The position numbers and the translations under genes are program-made. A stretch of 64,000 bases of DNA, from positions 1-64,000 of the IMG/VR virus record IMGVR_UViG_3300008259_002809. One strand, 5' to 3'. The notes below the pieces were generated by a model. That model did not search any database. It saw nothing but the letters and a program-made list of their open reading frames with translations, and was not told the origin of the DNA. Positions 37,946 to 47,442 of this stretch are shown one piece after another (position 1 is the first letter of the stretch; the number at the start of each line of letters is the position of its first letter). Source of the stretch: a virus.

Positions 37946-38729
37946 ATGAAAGAACTCTGGGTAGAAAAGTTTCGGCCAAAGACCACCGACGACTATGTGT
38001 GGATTGACCGTGAACAAAAGAACATGGTTGAAACTTGGATCAAAGACAAGTATATTCCACATCTGCTGTTGGGAGGCAATGCTGGTGCAGGTAAAACTAC
38101 ATTGGCCAAAGTGTTGGTAAATGAACTAGGCATTGATCCAGCAGAATTTCTACATATCAACGCCAGCCGCGACAACGGTGTTGATGTGTTGCGTAATAAG
38201 ATTACCAATTTCTGTAGCACTATGCCAATGGGTCCTTTTAAGATAGTGCTTCTCGACGAGGCCGACTACATTAGTCCGCCGGCACAGGGCATCTTGCGTG
38301 GAGTCATTGAGCAATACAGTGACTCTGTAAGGTTTATTCTAACCTGTAACTATCCCAATAAAATTATTCCTGCGCTACACAGCAGATTGCAGACGATTTC
38401 GTTCAAGCGACTAGATGAAACGGAATTTACTGCAAGGCTGGCCACCATCCTTGTAACAGAAGGTGTTGATGTTGATGGTGAGACTCTTAAACTCTACGTT
38501 TCGTGAGGCTCGTAACATGATAATTAAACAGATAAGCCTTGACGAATACGAAGATGTTTATAGATTCATGTATCGCAATCTTGACTTCTGGGGCAAGGAC
38601 GAAGACACTCAAGACTCTGCACTTCTACTAATTCGCAAAGGCCTAGTTAACCACAGCATGGCCGCTGATCCTGAGATCAACTTATCGGCTACATTTGTGG
38701 AATTGGAGAGATTGGCACGTGGCGGATAA
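37946..38729 (+). pseudogene. Clamp loader (RFC small subunit/gp44-like), interrupted by apparent internal deletion and frameshift near 38500
   Basis: LWVEKFRP, GAGKTT, INAS, LLDEAD, FILTCN, SRL in 37946-38506; collar-like C-terminus in another frame to 38729; sensor-2 segment absent. Confidence 0.7.
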
Positions 38730-39303
38730 GATAGTATTAACAGATTGTGATGGCGTCCTTTTAGATTGGGAATCAAAGTTTAAGATCTGGGTCCAAAGAC
38801 AAGGCTATCAATACAAGCCCGACAGTCACGTTTTCTACGATATTGGTCAACAGTTGGGCATTACCAAACAAGCCGGCAGTGACCTAATTGAACGATTCAA
38901 TTGCGGCAGTGACTTTGAACATCTTGAACCCTGGCGTGACAGCGTTGAGGTTGTGCGTAGACTGCATGGCCAAGGATGGAAATTTATAGTCATTACCACA
39001 GCAGGACTACATCCTTGGACTTGGGGACTTAGACGCAGTAATCTTGACCGAGTGTTTGGCCCCGGCGTCATTGACGAGTTGCACGTTCTTCCTCTGCACG
39101 GCGACAAGGGTGTCAAGTTAAAGGACTTTGAAAATTCCAATCTTCTTTGGGTTGAAGACAAGCCCAGCAATGCTGAATTGGGATTCAAGTATGGACTCCG
39201 ACCTTTACTGATGAACACAGATCACAACAGGAATACAAACGTCAATGTTCAGCGAGTAAATAATTGGCTTGAAATTGAACGGATCCTAAATGACCATCAT
39301 TAA
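38719..39303 (+). CDS. HAD-family nucleotidase
   Basis: LTDCDGVLLDW, WVEDKPSNA, HN...RVNNW; GTG start. Confidence 0.82.
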   Translation: MADKIVLTDCDGVLLDWESKFKIWVQRQGYQYKPDSHVFYDIGQQLGITKQAGSDLIERFNCGSDFEHLEPWRDSVEVVRRLHGQGWKFIVITTAGLHPWTWGLRRSNLDRVFGPGVIDELHVLPLHGDKGVKLKDFENSNLLWVEDKPSNAELGFKYGLRPLLMNTDHNRNTNVNVQRVNNWLEIERILNDHH

Positions 39304-40123
39304 AGACAACTCGCAGTATTACAATTTTCCTCCAGAGTTGGAACCATATCGTAATTTGATTTGGTGTCCGCTTGACTATCCAGATCCACCTGAGATCGAT
39401 GAACAAAAGTTTTTCCAGTGGATTCAAAGTTGCATTGAAAAAGATCGTGGAACCATTGCAGGCTCTGTGGCAGGTGCAGTAGGACCAATCAAGTTTGATG
39501 ATCCCAATCTTCAACGCACCGCCAGTTATTCAGGCAAAGGCACTTACCCCTGGAATCTCATGCATGTCATGCGGTCAGACATTGGATGGCGCCACTTTGA
39601 CAGTCTCAAAGAACAACTACCTGAACTAGCAGAATACATTAAGAATTTGCCTGTTGAAGAATTCATGACCATTAGTTTCTTGAATCAGAAACCTGGCATT
39701 GATGTTGGTCTGCACACAGATCCTGACATTTGGTTTGGATTTAGATTTTATCTAATCAACAAAAGTGGAGCAAGAATTTTCTTTCAAAAGGCCAAGACAC
39801 CCAGCGATCGACGATTGCTTAATATTTCTGAAGAACTTGTTGTTGGAGGATCAGGTTCTGAACCAGAAATTTCCAAGCGGGTGGTAACACATTCCTGGGA
39901 AAGTGTATGTCAAGATGAAGTTATCTATGGTCAGTATCCTAGAGATAGATTTGCTTTTCATCTTACTGCTACACATGCCACGCATGGAGTAGAAAGTGTT
40001 CCTGAGGATGCATCACAGGATCGTGTCACTGGTTTCATTATTTGTAGATTCAAAGCCAAAGAATACGCAGAAATACTTCAACGTAGTGTAGAAAAATATC
40101 GTGACTATGCTGTCTGGTGGTAG
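39290..40123 (+). CDS. Putative Fe(II)/2OG-type oxygenase
   Basis: LHTD..GFRFY...HATHGV; similar architecture to 9917-10903. Confidence 0.6.
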   Translation: MTIIKDNSQYYNFPPELEPYRNLIWCPLDYPDPPEIDEQKFFQWIQSCIEKDRGTIAGSVAGAVGPIKFDDPNLQRTASYSGKGTYPWNLMHVMRSDIGWRHFDSLKEQLPELAEYIKNLPVEEFMTISFLNQKPGIDVGLHTDPDIWFGFRFYLINKSGARIFFQKAKTPSDRRLLNISEELVVGGSGSEPEISKRVVTHSWESVCQDEVIYGQYPRDRFAFHLTATHATHGVESVPEDASQDRVTGFIICRFKAKEYAEILQRSVEKYRDYAVWW

Positions 40124-40775
40124 TGCATTTAGAACTGTTGACCGTGTGCCAAACCTGATGGCACCAACAGGATTAACAGTTGATGTTGTAAAATTAAAAG
40201 AAACAGTTGACAGCATATTTGATGCTGTGGGCTTTACACCCGATCTTGCCTTTTCAAATTCAAGCAAACAAGTAAGTTTTAACTTCAATCATCCTCAAAT
40301 CATACCAGAGCAAATAAAAAATCTTCACTACGGTGCATTGGCCAACAACGAAGATTTTATCTTCAACAAGTTCGGAATTACCACAGCAGATTTTTGTGTC
40401 TTGGATGAGTTGGCAAAAAATACCTATTTGGAAGAGGTTTATAATTTAGTTAAAGATTGGCATAACAAAAACAAAAGCCAAGAAGGTCAACTCAATCGAG
40501 TGCATTCTACCATACTTGGCAACGGTGCAGGTTACCATTTGCACAGCGATAACCATACCACAATAAGATATCACATAGCATTAAGCACAAACAAGTTTAC
40601 ATACATGATGTGCGAACAATTTGGAGAGGTAAAAGTCACCCACATACCAGTTGATGGGCAGGTATGGTTACTGGATACCAGAGTATTGCATACTGCACTC
40701 AATCTGGCTCCAAACAGATTCAACAAAGCCGAGCGTCTAAGAAATCACTTGATTTTTAGTGTCAGCAACCAATAA
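40101..40775 (+). CDS. Asp/Asn beta-hydroxylase-like Fe(II)/2OG oxygenase
   Basis: LHSD..RYHIAL.TN...HIP.DG.VWLLDTRVLHTALN...R.HLIF. Confidence 0.78.
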   Translation: MTMLSGGSAFRTVDRVPNLMAPTGLTVDVVKLKETVDSIFDAVGFTPDLAFSNSSKQVSFNFNHPQIIPEQIKNLHYGALANNEDFIFNKFGITTADFCVLDELAKNTYLEEVYNLVKDWHNKNKSQEGQLNRVHSTILGNGAGYHLHSDNHTTIRYHIALSTNKFTYMMCEQFGEVKVTHIPVDGQVWLLDTRVLHTALNLAPNRFNKAERLRNHLIFSVSNQ

Positions 40776-40806
40776 CTTGCAAGGGCCGGTGCTGTGGACG
40801 AAACAA

Positions 40807-41571
40807 TCAACCTTCTTGGTAGATTTCTAAAACTTCAGCGACTGCTGGATGACGCTCAACATGTGTGCGTTCAAACGTAGTCAATGCAATTCGTTTACTA
40901 GTAGACTGTGTAGGTTGTAACATCCTTTCTATGAAATCCTTTAACCCGTTATTTTCGTAGCCCCTGTCATGTTGCTCTAGATCACCAGTGACAATGAATT
41001 TACTTCCATCACCAATTCGTGTCAACAACATTTTCATTTGTTGTGTTGTGGCATTTTGCATTTCGTCGGCAATAACTACACTTCTTGTAAAAGTTCTGCC
41101 GCGCATGTATGCCAAGGGTGCTACCTCGATGGTGCCTTCTTGGATCATCGCCTCTATCTGTCGGGCGTTCCAGTATTCGCGGAACACGTCAAATACCGGT
41201 CTTGTCCAGGGTGCCATCTTACTCATCAAATCACCTGGCAAAAACCCGTGCTGTTCGTCTACACTCACTGCTGGACGGGTGACTACGATGCGATCTGCGG
41301 CCCCGGATTTTAACTGTTTGACAGCCCACAGAGTGGCCAACAAGGTTTTACCGGTGCCTGCTGGGCCCAGTGCAAATACCATGTCTTTACGGGGATTTTC
41401 TAAATGTGCAAGGTAGTCTTCTTGACGTAGGTTTCGAGGTATGATCTCTACTCGCTTATATTTGCTAGGTGCGTTTACTGCTTCTTGTCTAAAATGGTCT
41501 AAATCAATTACCGCATTACCATTGAATGCTGGTTTACGGCCTTGTGAGACCTTTCGATGCTTGTTCTTCAT
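40807..41571 (-). CDS. phoH: PhoH family ATPase
   Basis: GPAGTGKT, RPAV, GFLPG, LAYMRGRTF, DEMQN, LTRIG, TGD..Q.D, RHP. Confidence 0.95.
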   Translation of the reverse strand: MKNKHRKVSQGRKPAFNGNAVIDLDHFRQEAVNAPSKYKRVEIIPRNLRQEDYLAHLENPRKDMVFALGPAGTGKTLLATLWAVKQLKSGAADRIVVTRPAVSVDEQHGFLPGDLMSKMAPWTRPVFDVFREYWNARQIEAMIQEGTIEVAPLAYMRGRTFTRSVVIADEMQNATTQQMKMLLTRIGDGSKFIVTGDLEQHDRGYENNGLKDFIERMLQPTQSTSKRIALTTFERTHVERHPAVAEVLEIYQEG

Positions 41572-41690
41572 TATGCTCCTTATACTAACCTCTAGGATGA
41601 ACTTGCAACGGCCCTTGCGAAGCCAAAACTATTTACGGTCGCTGGTCAAGATGGCCAGGGTTAAGGTCAAAAACTCATAAATATCCCACT

Positions 41691-42248
41691 ATGCCACACA
41701 TTAACCACATATATAAAAACCTTGAAAACGTGCATAACAGCCCCAATGTTATTGACACGCTGATTGAAGTGGATCGTGTTTTTGATCGCTTGGATCTCTA
41801 TGCCTATGAAAATTGGTTCAAGGGCGAAATTGTTGAAGGCCCGTTCGTTGAGCGTCATTGGGTTGACTTGACTCTAATGTATCCTCACAAAATGATGCCC
41901 AACCCTGATGCCGCAATGCGTTTGGTCAAACACGGCTGTAAGGTCAAGTTTGGTCAAGATGTGTTGGAAACATTTGTCAAAGTTACAAGTGCTGATGACC
42001 TTATTGAAACCGAAGATGGACAGCGTCTACCCAAAACCGAAAAGCACAAAATTTGGTTAGTGAATGTTCGCTTGCCAAAGACACTACTTGATGTCGCAGA
42101 AGAAATCAAAGACATCAGCGATGACATAGATCTCGAAGCAGTTGACTCTGCCTATCAAGAAGAACTTGATGGAGAGAAGGGCCTTGAAAAACAAGACTCA
42201 ACCTCAGAAGTAACACCTGGCGATGAACAACAAACTGCTACTGCGTGA
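41691..42248 (+). CDS. Hypothetical conserved phage protein
   Basis: YAYENW..GEIVEGP, MPNP motifs; TAAATA promoter upstream. Confidence 0.75.
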   Translation: MPHINHIYKNLENVHNSPNVIDTLIEVDRVFDRLDLYAYENWFKGEIVEGPFVERHWVDLTLMYPHKMMPNPDAAMRLVKHGCKVKFGQDVLETFVKVTSADDLIETEDGQRLPKTEKHKIWLVNVRLPKTLLDVAEEIKDISDDIDLEAVDSAYQEELDGEKGLEKQDSTSEVTPGDEQQTATA

Positions 42249-42705
42249 AAATCTAAGACCCGGTGATCTCAGAGACACCATTGATCCTCTCATTGAGATT
42301 GATCGCCATAAACCCAAGGTTGACGACAACAGCGAAACTGTTGTAATATGCTTTAAGGCCATCAACAGTGGTGCCGCCGAAGATCTGGGTGCATTCATTG
42401 AATGGGGAACCAAAAGTGTCAACGACGTTGAAGTTTCTGACTCCAGTGATAAAAATGGCAAGTTCCATGTCTATATTGAAATGCGTCGTATTCCAGGCTT
42501 GAGTCAGAAGATCATTGATTTGGTTCGTGACATTGAAATGATAACAGAAAAGCAAGAGTGGAAATTTACGGCCATGGATGGTCTACGCAGAGATTTTACT
42601 TTGCCTAATTTAAATTATGCAATTATTCAGGATCCTAAAATTTATAGTCTACCACCCGAGAGCCGTGCTTACTACCAACGCATGAAAAATTTAACCAAGT
42701 ATTAA
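42223..42705 (+). CDS. Hypothetical conserved phage protein
   Basis: LRENLRPGDL...IEID; coupled ORF. Confidence 0.7.
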   Translation: MNNKLLLRENLRPGDLRDTIDPLIEIDRHKPKVDDNSETVVICFKAINSGAAEDLGAFIEWGTKSVNDVEVSDSSDKNGKFHVYIEMRRIPGLSQKIIDLVRDIEMITEKQEWKFTAMDGLRRDFTLPNLNYAIIQDPKIYSLPPESRAYYQRMKNLTKY

Positions 42706-42717
42706 ACCAAAACCCTT

Positions 42718-42939
42718 ATGGCAAAAGAAGAAAGTTTTACCGTCAAGGGTGAAGTCACAGAGGCTTTGCCCAATGCAATTTTCCGAGTCAAATTAGAACA
42801 CGGAACAGAAATACTAGGACACCTGGCAGGCAAACTAAGGATGCACAAGATCACAATTATCCCCGGTGATAAAGTTGACATTGAAATGAGTCCTTATGAC
42901 CTAAGCAAGGGTCGCATAACATACAGGCATAAATTCTAG
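42718..42939 (+). CDS. infA: Translation initiation factor IF-1
   Basis: MAKEE...G.V.EALPNA.FRV.L, GK.R...[18 protein letters not shown]. Confidence 0.95.
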   Translation: MAKEESFTVKGEVTEALPNAIFRVKLEHGTEILGHLAGKLRMHKITIIPGDKVDIEMSPYDLSKGRITYRHKF

Positions 42940-42940
42940 T

Positions 42941-43408
42941 ATGTGGCAGATAATGTGGGCTTTTAGCCTGATTCCAGATTCGGTGATGGTATGGATCATC
43001 AACATCTTGTTGATTGTTGGTGTTGCTGGCACCGTGGCTGGTTTCTTTTTAAAGATTATTCCATTTGTAAATCAATACCGCTTGCCAGTGCAGATCGTCA
43101 GCATTGCTTTGTTGGTATTGGGTGTATGGCTCAAAGGCGGGCAAAGCGAGCGTCTGGTATGGCAGGCTCGTGTTGCTGAAATGGAAGCCAAGGTTGCGGC
43201 CGCAGAAGCCGAAGCCAAAAAAGAAACTGTTAGAGTAGAAACCAAGATAGTTGAACGTGTTCGCGTGATTCAAGGCGAAACAAGAACTATTGTCAAAGAA
43301 GTTCCAAAAATTATCACCAAAGAAGTTGATGCCAAGTGTGAGATACCCACACAGGCCATTGACTTATATAACCGTGCCGCTCGCGGCCCTGAGGAGCCAA
43401 AGAAATGA
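42941..43408 (+). CDS. Inner-membrane spanin-like (Rz-like) protein
   Basis: N-terminal TM helices, coiled coil, C-terminal Cys; followed by lipoprotein. Confidence 0.6.
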   Translation: MWQIMWAFSLIPDSVMVWIINILLIVGVAGTVAGFFLKIIPFVNQYRLPVQIVSIALLVLGVWLKGGQSERLVWQARVAEMEAKVAAAEAEAKKETVRVETKIVERVRVIQGETRTIVKEVPKIITKEVDAKCEIPTQAIDLYNRAARGPEEPKK

Positions 43409-43677
43409 AACATGTCATTGGCGCTTTAGCACTTGTTGTTTTACTTGCTGGCTGTTCTACTACAGTTCCAGTTAAACGCACATTTCCTGATGCTCCTCCG
43501 TCATTGATGGAACCCGTTGAGCCATTGAAAACTGTTGATCCCAAAGATCCTAAACTCAGCCGAGTCATTGAAACTTCTGTAGAAAACATGGGTTCTTATC
43601 ATGCCTTGGCTGAAAAGTATAAAGCCTGGCAAGAGTGGTATCGCAGTCAAAAGAAAATATTTGACGAAGTAAAGTGA
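43405..43677 (+). CDS. Outer-membrane spanin-like (Rz1-like) lipoprotein
   Basis: LLAGC lipobox, Pro-rich segment FPDAPPSLM. Confidence 0.65.
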   Translation: MKHVIGALALVVLLAGCSTTVPVKRTFPDAPPSLMEPVEPLKTVDPKDPKLSRVIETSVENMGSYHALAEKYKAWQEWYRSQKKIFDEVK

Positions 43678-43868
43678 TTAGAAGTATTGAACGAATTTGG
43701 GCTAGAGCCACCGGACATGTCATGGGCGAAACTGATGAGGATCGTCCAGATGTGCCAGTCTTGACACTACGCGAAGCCCGTGTAGCACTTTTCCTAAAAA
43801 CATTTTGGATCGTGTTACATGTCATTACCTGCTGTTTCATTATAGCCAATGTGATCAGGCACTGGTAG
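43674..43868 (+). CDS. Small membrane protein
   Basis: Coupled ORF with C-terminal TM segment. Confidence 0.6.
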   Translation: MIRSIERIWARATGHVMGETDEDRPDVPVLTLREARVALFLKTFWIVLHVITCCFIIANVIRHW

Positions 43869-43897
43869 TTGACTTTTGGTTTGATTTGTAGTAAAAT
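43869..43897 (+). promoter_or_regulatory. sigma70-type promoter
   Basis: TTGACT-17bp-TAAAAT. Confidence 0.65.
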
Positions 43898-43903
43898 GAA
43901 AGA

Positions 43904-44698
43904 ATGGATCCTTATCAGATTCTCGGCGTAGACCGACGTGCCACACTAGACCAAGTTAAGAAGGCCTATAGAAAACTGGCCAGTCAGCATCATCCTGACA
44001 AAGGTGGCGATACTCAGCGTTTCCAAGAAATACAAGCGGCCTATGATCAAATAACATCAGGTCAAGCGGATCAATCTAGACAGTTCCATTGGGGCGGAAA
44101 CAGCCCAGATTTTCAAGACATGCAGGACATCCTGCGCCGCAATTTCCATGACTTTGACAATATGCATGCAGGTGCTGTTCGCAATCCTGATGTCACTGTG
44201 CGTGTTAGTTGCACATTGGAAGAAGCACACAGCGGCTTTAGTCGTAACATTCAATTTTTATTGCCAAAGCAAGGGTCTAGAAATAAAACCATTGAGTTTC
44301 CTCCTGGCAGTTATCACGGCATAAGAATCAGGCATGCTGGTGATGGTGGCCAATTGGTTTCTGCTATGCCGCCTGGAGATTTGTATTGTGAACTAGAAGT
44401 GCTTCCTCATAAATTCTGGCAACCAAATTTCAAAACACAAGAACTTGAACTCAACCTTACCATTACATTAAAAGAAGCCTTGGTTGGCGCAGACATTATC
44501 ATCACCGACATCAATGGCAGTGATATCCGCGTAACTGTGCCGGCAGGATCACAACCAGGTTCTCGTCTAAGGCTCAAAGGACGAGGGCTACAAAAATTCC
44601 GGCAATCCTGGGTAGGTGACGCTTATATTCGATTACAAGTGTCTATACCAAAACTCACAGAAGACGATTTGAAGAAACCATTGATTGACCTTTTGTGA
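43904..44698 (+). CDS. DnaJ-class chaperone (J domain plus C-terminal domain, no zinc finger)
   Basis: DPYQILG, KKAYRKLA..HHPDKGG, GDLY, LRLKGRG. Confidence 0.9.
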   Translation: MDPYQILGVDRRATLDQVKKAYRKLASQHHPDKGGDTQRFQEIQAAYDQITSGQADQSRQFHWGGNSPDFQDMQDILRRNFHDFDNMHAGAVRNPDVTVRVSCTLEEAHSGFSRNIQFLLPKQGSRNKTIEFPPGSYHGIRIRHAGDGGQLVSAMPPGDLYCELEVLPHKFWQPNFKTQELELNLTITLKEALVGADIIITDINGSDIRVTVPAGSQPGSRLRLKGRGLQKFRQSWVGDAYIRLQVSIPKLTEDDLKKPLIDLL

Positions 44699-44713
44699 TA
44701 TATTTGTTATACT
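44685..44713 (+). promoter_or_regulatory. sigma70-type promoter
   Basis: TTGACC-17bp-TATACT. Confidence 0.6.
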
Positions 44714-44719
44714 GATCAA

Positions 44720-45229
44720 ATGTTAGAATTAGTTCAAGAAAATCATCCAATACTAAAATCACCCATGCCAACGGTAGAAGACCCTACGGCACTCAGAACT
44801 TTGGTTCATGACATGTTTTTAATCATGTGGAGCAATGCCGGCATTGGCTTGGCGGCACCACAGGTGGGCATTGTTCAAAGAATGTTTATCATGGGCAGTC
44901 AGGAAGGACCGCATTATGTGTGTATAAATCCTGAAGTTGCTGGGCTTGGCCCAGAAGTTCGCGCCAAAGAAGGTTGTTTATCCTTCCCTGGACTGTGGTT
45001 AAATATCAGCAGGCCCGAGTGGGTGCAGGCTCGTTATCAAACACTAGACGGCACCTGGGTTGAACAAAGGTTTGAAGGGCTGTTGGCAAGATGCTATCTA
45101 CATGAACTAGATCATTTGGAAGGCAGTTTATTTGTCGAGCGCACGTCGGACCTGGGTTTAAAAATGGCTCGCGAGCGCCAACAAAAGCAGATGCGTAAGA
45201 TTCAAAAAAAGGTGAAACAACAAGCATGA
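44720..45229 (+). CDS. def: Peptide deformylase
   Basis: GIGLAAPQVG, EGCLS, HELDHL. Confidence 0.95.
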   Translation: MLELVQENHPILKSPMPTVEDPTALRTLVHDMFLIMWSNAGIGLAAPQVGIVQRMFIMGSQEGPHYVCINPEVAGLGPEVRAKEGCLSFPGLWLNISRPEWVQARYQTLDGTWVEQRFEGLLARCYLHELDHLEGSLFVERTSDLGLKMARERQQKQMRKIQKKVKQQA

Positions 45230-47442
45230 GTGAACAAGACAATAACTCTAGAATCAATGAAGTAGTGGCCCGTGCATTTCAAGAGGCTCTAAACAGAGAA
45301 CATGAATATGTCACGCTAGAACACATACTTCGTGTGATGCTGGATGAAGATGATATCGCTGATATCTTAAGTGACCTACAAGTTGATGTTCGTTCGCTCA
45401 AAGAAGAAATTGATGTTTGGTTGCGCGAGCAAGAAGAAATTCGTGTTGAGGGCATTGCCAAGCCACGTAAAACTGCAACCCTAGAACGCTGTTTCAATCG
45501 TGCTTACACACAGGCAATCTTTACTGGTCGCGGGCACATGGAGCCATTGGATCTGCTGATTTCAATCACCAGTGAGAAAAATGCCTATGCCAACTTCTTC
45601 CTGGCAAAAAACGGAGTCAGCAAGGACACACTGATTGCTTATGTGACCAAAATCAAAGATGGTCGCAGTAAAGAAAGCAAGACTGCTAAAAAGCGCGACA
45701 GCGAAAAGGTATTGAACAAGTATACCACCAATCTTATCAAGAGTGCAGAAAAGCGCCTCATTGATCCTTTGATTGGTCGCGAGAAAGAAGTGTTCCGTCT
45801 CGCACAAACACTGACCCGTAAGAAGAAAAACAATGCCATCATGGTTGGTGAACCTGGTGTAGGTAAGACTGCCATTGTTGAAGGCTTGGCAGTGGCCATC
45901 AGCAAGAATGAAGTGCCAGATGTGTTGAAAAATAAAACTGTTTACAGTTTGGATATGGGCAAGTTACTGGCCGGCACACGTTACCGCGGTGACTTTGAAG
46001 AACGTATGCAACATGTTCTTGAAGCACTGGAAGAACGTGATGATGCCATCTTGTTCATTGACGAAATCCATATGATCATGGGCGCAGGTGCTGGCGGTCA
46101 AGGTAGCATGGACGTGGCAAACTTGCTGAAGCCCAGTCTGGAAAAAGGTAAACTGCGCTGTATTGGTAGCACAACTTACGAAGAGTTCCGTGAGAACTTT
46201 GAAAAGGATCGTGCCCTGCTTCGTCGCTTTACCAAGATTGACATCAACGAACCCACTGTTGAAGAAACTCGCAGTATGCTACGTCAAGTGATGCCGGTCT
46301 ACAGTAAGTTTCATAATATTGCGGTGCCCGAAGAAACCATTGACTTGGCCATTGACTTGTCTATGAAGTATATGCTAGACAAGAAATTGCCTGACAAAGC
46401 CATTGATATCTTGGACTCTGCAATGGCTCACATGCGTGTGATTGCTACCACAGGCGAAAACCTTGCACTCAGCAAGGAAAATATTCGCAGAGAAATTTCT
46501 GACCTAACTCGTATTCCCATTGAACAGTTGGGCGAGCAAAAAGATGTGGCTGTCACTGAACTTGAAAGCCGCATGCGAACCAACGTGTTTGGTCAAGAAG
46601 ATGCCATTGAGCGACTAATGAACATGGTTTATATTGCCAAGTCAGGTCTTAAGGAAATCAATAGACCCATGGCCAACTTCCTGTTTGTTGGCCCCACTGG
46701 CACTGGTAAAACTGAACTTGCTAACCAACTCGCTGACGGTTTGGGCATGGAAGTTGTTCGCTTTGATATGAGTGAATATCGTGAACCACACAAAATTGCC
46801 AGTCTGATTGGTAGTCCTCCTGGCTATGTGGGCTATGGTGAGGGCAAAGCAGGTTCAGGTAAACTGATCAATGAATTAGAGCGTGTGCCTAACTGTGTGC
46901 TACTATTTGACGAAGTTGAAAAAGCACATCCTGATGTTATTCAAGTGTTGTTGGGACTAATGGACAATGGTATTGTCACCGGCAGTGACAACAAGCAGGC
47001 CAGTGCTCGTAATGCTTTTGTGATCATGACTTCGAACCTTGGTGCTGTAGATGCTGAAAAACAAATGATTGGTTTTGGTGGCGGATTCAATGAAAGTGCC
47101 AGCGATGATGCTGTTAAACGTTTCTTTGCTCCTGAGTTCCGTAACAGGCTTGATGCAGTGATCAAGTTTAACAGACTGGATCGTAGTGTGGTCAAGCGCA
47201 TTGCTGAAAAGTTCATGCGTCATATCCGCGAGCAATTGGCTGAACAAAACCAAAACATTGTCTACACAGACTCTGTGCTGGAATACATTGCAGAAAATGG
47301 ATTCAGTGATACCATGGGTGCTAGACCTATGAAACGTCTCATCAATGAAGAAATTCGTTTAGGCATTGCCAAGCGTATTATTCGTGATGGTAAAACCAGT
47401 CACACCGTAGATGTCGTCAATGACAAATTGGTAATTGCATGA
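45226..47442 (+). CDS. clpA: ATP-dependent Clp protease ATP-binding subunit ClpA
   Basis: Clp N domain, two AAA+ modules (GEPGVGKT, GPTGTGKT), IGF loop, no ClpB middle domain. Confidence 0.93.
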   Translation: MSEQDNNSRINEVVARAFQEALNREHEYVTLEHILRVMLDEDDIADILSDLQVDVRSLKEEIDVWLREQEEIRVEGIAKPRKTATLERCFNRAYTQAIFTGRGHMEPLDLLISITSEKNAYANFFLAKNGVSKDTLIAYVTKIKDGRSKESKTAKKRDSEKVLNKYTTNLIKSAEKRLIDPLIGREKEVFRLAQTLTRKKKNNAIMVGEPGVGKTAIVEGLAVAISKNEVPDVLKNKTVYSLDMGKLLAGTRYRGDFEERMQHVLEALEERDDAILFIDEIHMIMGAGAGGQGSMDVANLLKPSLEKGKLRCIGSTTYEEFRENFEKDRALLRRFTKIDINEPTVEETRSMLRQVMPVYSKFHNIAVPEETIDLAIDLSMKYMLDKKLPDKAIDILDSAMAHMRVIATTGENLALSKENIRREISDLTRIPIEQLGEQKDVAVTELESRMRTNVFGQEDAIERLMNMVYIAKSGLKEINRPMANFLFVGPTGTGKTELANQLADGLGMEVVRFDMSEYREPHKIASLIGSPPGYVGYGEGKAGSGKLINELERVPNCVLLFDEVEKAHPDVIQVLLGLMDNGIVTGSDNKQASARNAFVIMTSNLGAVDAEKQMIGFGGGFNESASDDAVKRFFAPEFRNRLDAVIKFNRLDRSVVKRIAEKFMRHIREQLAEQNQNIVYTDSVLEYIAENGFSDTMGARPMKRLINEEIRLGIAKRIIRDGKTSHTVDVVNDKLVIA

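Noticed and set aside
38463-38506. Programmed frameshift restoring the clamp loader
   Set aside because: Joining the frames still omits the sensor-2 region, so sequence appears missing rather than shifted.
6752-47442. Bacterial chromosome origin because of many housekeeping genes
   Set aside because: The genes are divergent, lack their normal operon partners (clpP, groEL, dnaK), and are interspersed with phage structural genes, spanins and TAAATA late promoters.
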